Virus record (IMG/VR): IMGVR_UViG_3300033076_000637
Span: 1-36,412 of that record
DNA length: 36,412 nt
Strand: one strand, 5' to 3'
Source of the DNA: a virus
Lineage: Duplodnaviria; Caudoviricetes
This document shows, piece by piece, positions 27,789 to 35,814 of this stretch. The position numbers and the translations under genes were made by a program. The first letter of the stretch is position 1, and each line of letters starts with the position of its first letter. Below the pieces are notes generated by a model. That model did no database searches, was not told the DNA's origin, and saw only the letters and a list, made by a program, of their open reading frames with translations.

Positions 27789-28636
27789 TATTCTTGCACC
27801 TCATCTTCTTCTATGTCAACGTCTGGCGGCATGGCCACTGCACCTGGTGGGGGACTTGGTTGCCCTTCTTCAAGATCAATTTTTACATCAACGCCCAGTC
27901 CGTGTTGATCGTAAGGTTCGTGTGTGGGTGCTCGACTCACAATACTTTCTAAAGCATCGGGTTCACTAACCCATCCTTCGCTGGTTTTAAAGGTCGTATC
28001 TGGCAAGATAGTTTTTGTAATTTTATCTGGAAGTTCAACTTCGCCAGCAGCAGGGCCGTTAAGATCGATTCCTCCTGCACTGAATATCAAACTGTCCCCT
28101 CCGCCCCAACTACCGCCAGCACTGTTCAGGGTCAATGTGCCATCGGCTTTGATTCCTATAGGTGCTTTAGAATACAATGTCATTGATTCTTGAGCTTGTG
28201 CAGTAAGAGTAGTCACTGCTTCGATTCTTGTGGCAGCATTTGATTTCATGTGTATGTTTGCGCCAGCATACATGTTGATATCACGATCAGCATGAAAGTT
28301 AATATCGCCCTGAGTACGAAGATTTATCGAGTTCGTGCTGTATACGTCCACTGTGCCTTGTGCCCCAAACTCTAACCAAGTTTGGCCATTGGCATGCACA
28401 ATATAGAAAAAGTCTCCCGAATCACTCATGGTGATTTGATGACCTTTTGTTGTTCGTAATCTGAACAAGGCATTTTGCCCTTCAAGATCTCCGTCGTCCA
28501 TGACCAGTGTGTGGCCACCAATTCGTCCAATGACTTTAACATCGCTTGGCTTGACTGATTTGCTTTCTAGTTTTTTGCGTATTTCATTGGGCTGTAGGCC
28601 GCCTTGATACACTGGCAAGCCTGGTGTTGAATGCTA
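27788..28636 (-). CDS. gp5/VgrG-like spike, C-terminal part (beta-helix), -1 frame relative to N-part
   Basis: Frame open from ~28633 (HSTPGLPVYQGG...); GGHTLVMDDGD, RLRTTKGHQITMSD, beta-helix repeats (INLRTQGDINFHADRDINMYAG), RAPTHEPY. Only a TTG start without SD. Confidence 0.8.
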
Positions 28637-29265
28637 CTTTGTATTGGCCCCCGTTCAATGTCTTTGATCAATCCTTGTTGGAACATGGCACCAGCAACAA
28701 CGCTTTGCACCGGTTTGGTTTCTGCAAAAAATTTAGGATTACCTTGTACTTGTTTGTTGAGTGTGTTTATTTCTGCCACAGGCAATCTACTGGCATTGGC
28801 GAAATAAGTTTTTTGGTTCTCGTTGTTGGTTTTAAAGTTATCACTGCTGCCAATGGCAGGAACCATGTGTGTAAGTGTGTCTTCGGGGATCACACCAATG
28901 TAATAACCTTGACTGCGATCTCCATTGACAAAAATACAGATTACTTTGATTCCAATGTCTGGCGGAGTGAACCACATGCCATAGGCATTAGGATTTCCTG
29001 GGTATGTACCTGAGCCGTTGGAAGTACCGCTGGGTTGAGTGTAACCATAAAATGGCGGCAAATAACTCACAGTGACCCAACGTGTGGAGTTGTCTTTGCT
29101 AGGACCACTGAATGTTTCTATGTACACCTGCAAGCGACCAAGACGAGCAGGGTCAATGTTGTTCATGACTTCGCCAATAAACGGCCCGCTTTCAGCAGTG
29201 TAACCACCGCGATCCATTTTGTAATTCTGCGGCGTGCCTTTGGGATTTTCTCTATTCTCTGCCAT
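28567..29265 (-). CDS. gp5/VgrG-like spike, N-terminal OB-fold part (frameshifted)
   Basis: GEVMNNIDPARLGRLQVYI, YGMWFTPPDIGIKVICIFVNGD...GYYIG is the gp5 OB-fold signature; ends at the only TAG stop among the credible genes. Confidence 0.85.
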   Translation of the reverse strand: MAENRENPKGTPQNYKMDRGGYTAESGPFIGEVMNNIDPARLGRLQVYIETFSGPSKDNSTRWVTVSYLPPFYGYTQPSGTSNGSGTYPGNPNAYGMWFTPPDIGIKVICIFVNGDRSQGYYIGVIPEDTLTHMVPAIGSSDNFKTNNENQKTYFANASRLPVAEINTLNKQVQGNPKFFAETKPVQSVVAGAMFQQGLIKDIERGPIQSSIQHQACQCIKAAYSPMKYAKN

Positions 29266-29273
29266 GTGTTACC

Positions 29274-32270
29274 TTAAGTTTCTAACACCATTATTTGAGG
29301 TGGGTCTGAGTTGTTTCCTGATTCCCCAATTTTAGGAGGAGGTTCAAATTCAGTTTGTTCAGCAACCACTGTTCCATCACTGTCGGGGTCTTCTGGAGGT
29401 GACTGAGCATATACTGTATCTGCTGGCTCAGTTCCGTCGTCATACCATCCTGTATTACCGCTGTCTGCTGCTGGCGCTTCTGCAGGATTAGGTTCTTGTA
29501 TAGTACCGTTGGTATTGTTCACACCTGGCTGTGTTTTTAGTGGCTGACCTGTGCGATCATTGACACCGCCGTTGGGGTTATCAATTCTGCGAGGATCTTG
29601 TTTTCCTGGCGGTTGATTTGTTGTGTTCACTGTGTTTGAACCGCTGGGTGTCGGGAATGGATACAAAAATCCTTGTATTGTTTGCTCAAATCTACCACCT
29701 CTGAGTTCAGACGTCACTACCCTTGCAGTATAAACATAACTCTGCACTGGATATTTGTCTCTGGTGTTTGCATACGGATCGGCCAAACCTGTGGTAAGAT
29801 CATAGTCCTGCGGCTTCTGCCATGCTATTTCAAACATAGGCTGACCGAAATCATAGTTAATGGTGCCGTCTTCTAAGAATGGATTAGGATACTGATCTGC
29901 AATAACCACCGATCCCAGTAGTCCAGGGCCTTGTTGTATCCAAGCCGGATCACCAATGATTCTAATCTTAGTACTGGCCAAGTCTGAGTAATTGTAAAGA
30001 TATTCTGCTGCCTCAGCCGGAGCTTCGTTACCTCTGTTCTCAGCACCTGCTGTGGATTGATCAGATCTTGGTGCCCAGTACCATTTAATTTGATCTGCCA
30101 TGCTGGCGCTGGATTTTTTCAATAAATCATTTTGTAAATTATTGCCTGGTGTATTGCCACTGACAACCATTTGATACATGGCATTGAAAGTAGCAGTGTA
30201 ATCTAACACGGCAACGTTTTGCCCAGTGAACCAGTATGGATATCTCTTGTGTACACCGAGAAATTGAGGAGACCCGTAGAACCTTGAAACAAAATTCTGC
30301 AATGTGTACACATTGATGGTGTATCGTATCTTGTACACCGGTCTATTCATCTTGCCATCATTTTTGGTACCATCGGGGATGGCTTCCATGACAATGTTGT
30401 ACCACTGCATGTTTTTGGTCCCGCGTGGTGCATTGGCAATGTACTCGTCCGACTCTTCAGTAGCCGCAACTTTGGCTTGATCATATACAAAACTGCTGTC
30501 TCTAATGATTTTATCGATAGCATACAGAACCTGTGTACCAGCCGGAATGCCAATGTTTCTAGCATTGTAAACCACCGACTGCCGATCTGACAAAGCACTG
30601 CTAGGCGACTGTGATGTGGGTGCGCCCATAGGAGTGGCTCCTTGATTACCGGTTGGATCTTTGAGAGTTACCTTGGCGCTTTTGATTACTTCGGCGCCTG
30701 GCGCAAAAACTATCTCATAAGTGTCGGCGTATTCAAAAATACCTTTTTTGACAAATTCTTTTTGTAAACTGTTCAATGCCTGCATCAGACCCACAGCACT
30801 CATTGTGCCTACTGATGGGACAGCGGCAGCAGTTGGTGGCGGAGGAGTTGTAGAACTTGCTGTGCCATCATTTTCGTAGTAGGTTTCTCCCACTGTTGCA
30901 TTGTCAATTCTTCTAATATCAGCCTGTTGAGCAGGTCTGGAACTAAATGTGCCTGCCGCTGAATTTCCTATTAAAATATCACCAACTGTTTTGCCACTGA
31001 GTTCTATGTCTGCCGGCACTGTGCCTCGGCGCGATGTGCCTGCAATCATCTGTCCAGGTGTGCTAGCAACAACGTCATAGGTTACCTGTCTATTGCTAAC
31101 TGAAAAGTTGATTTCCTTGATTTGAAAAGGTATGTATTTTTCAACAATGGCTCGAGGATCTGTTTTTGAGATTTTGTTTGCTGGCAATTGTGGATTGCCA
31201 TTTTCATCAAATCCGTACCATCGTAAAACCATGAGATAGTTGGCTTGTTGATAGTCCACTGGCCCGTACTCAGTTCTAGGTGCAGCATCTTGCACTGCTT
31301 GATACAATCTGTTGATAAATGTAATGCCGTTGGGTTCAGTTACTTGAAATTTCAACGACACAGTATTGCTGGCCTGACCACTGCCTTTGCCCAACAAGTA
31401 TGTGGTAAACTCAATGTTATCAATGTAAAAATCCAAAGGAAATGCTGGACTACGACCGGCTACCGCGGCTGCACTGGTGTCGACTCCGTTGTTTTCGTAA
31501 AAAGATCGTGTTTGTTGGTTGCCAACAAATCCCGAACGTCCTGCCGGAGCTCCGCTGTTTTGTATCAACAAGTTATACCCAGATAGACTTTTGTTCTTGC
31601 TGGTCATAAACTTAAGGTATTGCTCTTGGCTCAAAAGATACATTGATGCTTGCCAGGTATAGGTAGCAAACTGATCTAGTACATTGGGCTGTGGTCTCAC
31701 AAATCCTGAAGTTCTAGTTTGATCATTGCTGTAGGCAAATTTTTCAAAGTCAGATGAATCTGAACCAGAATTATTAACTGTTTGTGTTGACTGCGAAGAT
31801 TCCTGTGGATTATCGTCTTGTGCGCCGACACCGGGCGCTCCGGGTGCAGTTACATCGCCGGGCGTACCACCTGGATCGTACAGTTCTCCAGTCTCTGGAT
31901 TTTGTTTTAAATTTGAGGGAGACCCATCTTCAGATACCACTGGCACGCCAACATTTGGCTGTTCAACTCCTGCAGGTATAGACTGAGTTTGTGTAAATGG
32001 TTTTACTTCTGGATCAGTGTTGTTGTCAGATGGTGCGGCAGGCTGTGGTAAAGGTATACTTGTTTCTACCGGCACTGAAGATGTTGACTGCGGCGCTATT
32101 AAGTTGTCTAGTTCTGTAATTGTTGCTGATATTTCAGCATTGAGTTGTTTGATTTGATTCAGTAGCTCTACTTCTCCGGCAAGGTATCTGGCACCCAGGG
32201 CATTACGTTCATCCGCAAGACGCTTCCACTTTGCATCTAACTCAGCAATTCTATCAGTGTTGTCAGCCAT
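29274..32270 (-). CDS. Baseplate hub protein, gp27-like position, with long disordered termini
   Basis: 998 aa between gp53-like and gp5-like genes; PNVLDQFATYTW, FQVTEPNG, KRYPYWFTGQN..VLDY, IRIIGDPAWI, SELRGGRFEQTIQG; acidic Pro-rich N- and C-terminal stretches. Confidence 0.7.
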   Translation of the reverse strand: MADNTDRIAELDAKWKRLADERNALGARYLAGEVELLNQIKQLNAEISATITELDNLIAPQSTSSVPVETSIPLPQPAAPSDNNTDPEVKPFTQTQSIPAGVEQPNVGVPVVSEDGSPSNLKQNPETGELYDPGGTPGDVTAPGAPGVGAQDDNPQESSQSTQTVNNSGSDSSDFEKFAYSNDQTRTSGFVRPQPNVLDQFATYTWQASMYLLSQEQYLKFMTSKNKSLSGYNLLIQNSGAPAGRSGFVGNQQTRSFYENNGVDTSAAAVAGRSPAFPLDFYIDNIEFTTYLLGKGSGQASNTVSLKFQVTEPNGITFINRLYQAVQDAAPRTEYGPVDYQQANYLMVLRWYGFDENGNPQLPANKISKTDPRAIVEKYIPFQIKEINFSVSNRQVTYDVVASTPGQMIAGTSRRGTVPADIELSGKTVGDILIGNSAAGTFSSRPAQQADIRRIDNATVGETYYENDGTASSTTPPPPTAAAVPSVGTMSAVGLMQALNSLQKEFVKKGIFEYADTYEIVFAPGAEVIKSAKVTLKDPTGNQGATPMGAPTSQSPSSALSDRQSVVYNARNIGIPAGTQVLYAIDKIIRDSSFVYDQAKVAATEESDEYIANAPRGTKNMQWYNIVMEAIPDGTKNDGKMNRPVYKIRYTINVYTLQNFVSRFYGSPQFLGVHKRYPYWFTGQNVAVLDYTATFNAMYQMVVSGNTPGNNLQNDLLKKSSASMADQIKWYWAPRSDQSTAGAENRGNEAPAEAAEYLYNYSDLASTKIRIIGDPAWIQQGPGLLGSVVIADQYPNPFLEDGTINYDFGQPMFEIAWQKPQDYDLTTGLADPYANTRDKYPVQSYVYTARVVTSELRGGRFEQTIQGFLYPFPTPSGSNTVNTTNQPPGKQDPRRIDNPNGGVNDRTGQPLKTQPGVNNTNGTIQEPNPAEAPAADSGNTGWYDDGTEPADTVYAQSPPEDPDSDGTVVAEQTEFEPPPKIGESGNNSDPPQIMVLET

Positions 32271-32272
32271 GT

Positions 32273-32578
32273 TTAGAACCCTAGATTATTTTTCAGTGTA
32301 GTAATCTTAGGAACGTAGATTCTAGTGCCAACTTTGAAATCCCAAGGCGGTGCAGTCAGCGTGTTTGGATTGCGCTGATAAAATACCCACCATAGTTCTG
32401 GAGTACCATACAAGTCATAGGCCAGTAAGTCAGGTCTGTATTGGTAGGTTTTGTTTATGATTGTAGGAAGATCATCACTTTCAGAAGGAAAAGTGCGATA
32501 GTTCATTACATCCAAAAAAAACTGACTGTAATTGGTTGTAAAATAAGGACTGGTTGAACTGTAGGTTACTTGTGCCAT
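32273..32578 (-). CDS. Baseplate wedge protein gp53-like (LysM-like)
   Basis: 101 aa; YQYRPDLLAYDLYGTPELWWVFYQRNP...G..IYVP is the gp53/LysM-like signature. Confidence 0.88.
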   Translation of the reverse strand: MAQVTYSSTSPYFTTNYSQFFLDVMNYRTFPSESDDLPTIINKTYQYRPDLLAYDLYGTPELWWVFYQRNPNTLTAPPWDFKVGTRIYVPKITTLKNNLGF

Positions 32579-33900
32579 TACCAGAACCCTCCTCTGAGTT
32601 GGTTGCCATTGGCAAAATTCTTAAAGCTAAATTCCTGACTTACCTGACGTCGAGTTTGCACCGGCAACAGCGCCACGCTTATTTCCATCTTGGTAGGAAC
32701 ATAGGTTGCATTGCCATTTGAATTCACTGTTTGTTGCACTGTGTTTTGCACTGGCGGTTGAAAAATACCGCCTAGAGGAAGTCCGCCAGCACTGGTCAGT
32801 CTAGCTTTGATTGCTGACAGCAAGTTGCCAGCACCGGTAAATGCTGGAGTCTTTTGTGCTAGCATGTTGAGACCATAGTTGTTGGGATCCACTCTAACAT
32901 AGTCAACGTCATTGGGCAAACTGTAGGTAAAGTTTGAAACCAAACAAGGATGCCCGTTGAATTGATATTGCCCCAGTCCAGACAGATATACCAACGGTGG
33001 CGGTGAACCGCGATAAGCCGGATCTTGACCGTAAAACATTTTTGTAACACTGCGGAAAAAATGTATCACTGCTAGCAAGTACTGTGCTTCTTTGGTATCT
33101 TGAGCTGTGAATGTGCCACGAATTTGCACAGCATCTACAAAACTGTTTTTATAAAAATAACCGCGATAGTTGCTGTGTGTTAAATCACTAACATCGTAGT
33201 TGGCTCTGTAGTTTGTTTCAATCTGCGGAGTATAAGGAAAAATAACGCCGTTGGTGGCTTTCAGCGGGGCCAAGATGCTGTTGATTCCGTTGACAGCACT
33301 GGCATCATTGTAAAGGTAATCAGAATTAGGAGCGATGCTGATTCTAACTCTCCAGTCGCCATTGCTAGGAGTTTTTAATCTAGCGGCCAGTGTTTGTTGA
33401 TTTCTTGCTTGTTCTTTGATTGCTGCTTCGTTAGCATTTCTTCTGTTTTCTTGTGCTTGAGCTGCTGTAGCAGGATTAAATCCACCACCGACGTCAATGT
33501 TGTCATTTGTGGTATCGGGTTGCACAGGCTCTGGCTCTCTTGCGGCAGTGGCAGGGTTAAATCCACCACCAACGTCAATGTTGTCATCTGTGGTATCAGG
33601 AGGCGCAGGTTCTGTGACCTGTGGGGTTTCTACTGTTTCTGCAGGAGGTACATCAGGATCTTCTGCAGGACTAACATCAGGCGCTGGGTCTGAAGGGGCG
33701 GCATACAATATAGATGTTGCTGTGTAAGTGCCATCATCATTAAATTTGACTTTGAGTTCGCTGGCGCCACCAGTTTGATAATCAGCATTACCAAAAGCAT
33801 TGAGCGCTTGTTCGCGTGTGTCTGCGTCGGCCAAGGCCACGGCTTCGTCGTAATCGCTTCGTGTGTAAACAACGCTGGTAAATTTGGTAAAGTTAGCCAT
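32578..33900 (-). CDS. Baseplate/tail-tube initiator protein (gp48/gp54-like)
   Basis: 440 aa; GVIFPYTPQI, THSNY, GTFTAQ...YLLAVIHFFRSVTKMFYG, GSPPPLVYLSGLG, SLPNDVDY, VPTKMEISVAL match tube-initiator-type domains; first gene after a late promoter. Confidence 0.75.
   Translation of the reverse strand: MANFTKFTSVVYTRSDYDEAVALADADTREQALNAFGNADYQTGGASELKVKFNDDGTYTATSILYAAPSDPAPDVSPAEDPDVPPAETVETPQVTEPAPPDTTDDNIDVGGGFNPATAAREPEPVQPDTTNDNIDVGGGFNPATAAQAQENRRNANEAAIKEQARNQQTLAARLKTPSNGDWRVRISIAPNSDYLYNDASAVNGINSILAPLKATNGVIFPYTPQIETNYRANYDVSDLTHSNYRGYFYKNSFVDAVQIRGTFTAQDTKEAQYLLAVIHFFRSVTKMFYGQDPAYRGSPPPLVYLSGLGQYQFNGHPCLVSNFTYSLPNDVDYVRVDPNNYGLNMLAQKTPAFTGAGNLLSAIKARLTSAGGLPLGGIFQPPVQNTVQQTVNSNGNATYVPTKMEISVALLPVQTRRQVSQEFSFKNFANGNQLRGGFW
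33461..33600 (-). repeat. Two-copy in-frame repeat, 81-nt period (PDTT[D/N]DNIDVGGGFNPATAA)
   Basis: 33461-33519 and 33542-33600 encode a 20-aa unit with one amino-acid difference but several synonymous differences. Confidence 0.9.
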
Positions 33901-33918
33901 GTTTAAAACCCTGTGACA

Positions 33919-33941
33919 TATTTATGGTCAACAAAATCGGC
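33919..33941 (-). promoter_or_regulatory. Late promoter GCCGATTTTGTTGACCA-TAAATA driving the baseplate operon
   Basis: CATAAATA (1 mismatch to T4 TATAAATA) 18 nt upstream of ATG 33900, at the head of the structural block. Confidence 0.7.
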
Positions 33942-33957
33942 ATATATTAACCAAAGG

Positions 33958-33985
33958 TTGACAAGTGTTGTATTTGTGCTACAAT
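33958..33985 (+). promoter_or_regulatory. Sigma70-type promoter TTGACA-N16-TACAAT with extended -10 (TGc)
   Basis: Perfect -35 at 33958-33963, TGcTACAAT at 33977-33985, AAGGAG SD at 33994-33999 before ATG 34011. Confidence 0.8.
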
Positions 33986-34010
33986 AAGTACACAAGGAGA
34001 CATTGAACTC

Positions 34011-34904
34011 ATGTCATTAATAAAAACCGCTCCTCGGGTCAATTACTTAAACAACCGAGACATCCTAAAGGAAATACACCTAAGCAAAAACACATACTGT
34101 AGTTTCCGTGACCGTGCAAACGATCACCAGTATGACATCATCTTGCCCAGTGTAAGCAAGATTAATCAAAAGACCATTGCAGAAGCACGTAGAAACCGTG
34201 CTGACCGTATCAAACGCGAAACTGGTGAAGTTGTTGATCCCAAAAAGATCGCCAATACTGACTTGGTTTTCCGTATCATGACTTGGGAACATATACCATT
34301 GGCTCCCAAGAAAGTGCCTAAAAATGCAGTAAAAAAACGCAAAATTGAGGACATTTTAGACCTTGATGATGCTGTAGAAGATCCATTGGCAGACTTGGTA
34401 GAGGAGCCTGTAGGCGATCCTACGCACATGCGAGTTAACTTTCCTCCATTTTGGCATTATCGCGTGAACGAGGACAAAGAACCATTTCTAGTGGGCAAGA
34501 GTCACTGGAAAGGCGATTTAGAAACAGGTGAGTTCTCCAAGGAACATGGAGAGATGACCAAGAAACTGGCCATGATGTTTATGAAACTGTGCGAGCGTTA
34601 TGCCACACGCTCTAACTGGCGCGGATACACTTACAACGAGGAAATGCGTGGACAAGCTCTACTTCAACTTAGTCAAATTGGTCTACAATTTGACGAATCA
34701 AAAAGCCAAAATCCATTCGCTTACTATACCGCTGCGATCACTAATAGTTTTACACGAATTCTTAACATCGAAAAAAAGATGCAGAACATTCGTGATGACA
34801 TTTTAGAAATGAACGGCCTCAATCCCAGTTGGACAAGGCAAAATGCTGGTTCGCCTAACATGGCCACTATGTCCGGACCGGTTGTAAGTAGCTTAGATGA
34901 ATAA
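34011..34904 (+). CDS. Late-transcription sigma factor, T4 gp55-like
   Basis: NYLNNRDIL N-terminus and YATRSNWRGYTYNEEM...FDESKSQNPFAYYT..I.NSF.RIL..EKK core are gp55 hallmarks; adjacent to gp47-like gene. Confidence 0.88.
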   Translation: MSLIKTAPRVNYLNNRDILKEIHLSKNTYCSFRDRANDHQYDIILPSVSKINQKTIAEARRNRADRIKRETGEVVDPKKIANTDLVFRIMTWEHIPLAPKKVPKNAVKKRKIEDILDLDDAVEDPLADLVEEPVGDPTHMRVNFPPFWHYRVNEDKEPFLVGKSHWKGDLETGEFSKEHGEMTKKLAMMFMKLCERYATRSNWRGYTYNEEMRGQALLQLSQIGLQFDESKSQNPFAYYTAAITNSFTRILNIEKKMQNIRDDILEMNGLNPSWTRQNAGSPNMATMSGPVVSSLDE

Positions 34905-35814
34905 CAGTCCAATGCTTTTGCAAAAAAAGAATACTACACTTATCATGTATCCTCCTGGCGGGTACGGTACCTTCTTACATTGGTCGTTATTTTACTTCAC
35001 AGGAAATCTTACAGACGATAGCTTGCCGTTTATGCCCAATGGCAGCAGTCATTTGTTTAAGGAGCATCGATTCGATTGCGAAATTTTTAATTTGCCAACA
35101 ATAGAAACTTATCTTTCTAGCGACATGTATACACCGTTTGTTCGAACTCACGGTAGATTGTATTCAGAACAAAATTCTTATAACGAATACATCAGTAAGT
35201 TAATTGACTATTTTGATAATGTTATCCTCTTAGTTCCTAGTGAACATGATCGGTTACTGCTACTGTACAATAGGTTAACTAAAATTAGCGTGTTTAATAT
35301 GGATATACTGTTTAGCCAAGTCAAAGATAAATTTTCTAAGCAATTCAATGCTGATCCTAACTCCATACCAGTATGGCAAATGCGTGAAATGTTATCTTAT
35401 TGGTTTGAACATTGGGTACATAGAGAAAAACTTTACCAAGACGTCATTGACCACGATAAAATTATTCGTGTCCCAATCAGGAGATTAGTTGATGATTTTG
35501 AAACAACATTTACTAGTTTAGTTGATCTTCTTGGGCTACAACTTGTTAACGGCAACAGACTTAAAGACGTCAAGGACCAATGGTTAGTCTTGCAGAAATA
35601 CACAGGTACAGATGCGGTGTGCGAAAACATTGTTAAATCGGTTACGAATAATCAAGATTTTGATTGGAAGTGCAGTGATTTAGGAATTATCGAAGAAGCA
35701 TACGTTCAATTTAAATTAAGAACGCTTTACAACTTAGATTTATTGTGTTACAATCTTAATATCTTTCCATCGTCGGCAACAGAGTTACAGAAACTTTTAA
35801 TTAACTATAGATGA
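34897..35814 (+). CDS. Hypothetical protein, possibly sulfotransferase/P-loop-like fold
   Basis: 305 aa; hydrophobic strand then Gly-rich loop and helix (LIMYPPGGYGTFLHWSL), later FVRTH; overlaps both neighbours; visibly AT-richer than flanks. Confidence 0.55.
   Translation: MNNSPMLLQKKNTTLIMYPPGGYGTFLHWSLFYFTGNLTDDSLPFMPNGSSHLFKEHRFDCEIFNLPTIETYLSSDMYTPFVRTHGRLYSEQNSYNEYISKLIDYFDNVILLVPSEHDRLLLLYNRLTKISVFNMDILFSQVKDKFSKQFNADPNSIPVWQMREMLSYWFEHWVHREKLYQDVIDHDKIIRVPIRRLVDDFETTFTSLVDLLGLQLVNGNRLKDVKDQWLVLQKYTGTDAVCENIVKSVTNNQDFDWKCSDLGIIEEAYVQFKLRTLYNLDLLCYNLNIFPSSATELQKLLINYR

Noticed and set aside
28567-28569. TAG recoding (alternative genetic code) as the explanation of the gp5 split
   Set aside because: Read-through stays in the wrong frame and hits TGA ~45 codons later; no other gene is interrupted by TAG.
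33461-33600. CRISPR-like or DGR template/variable repeat
   Set aside because: Only two in-frame copies, differences are synonymous rather than adenine-specific, and no reverse transcriptase or cas gene is in the window.
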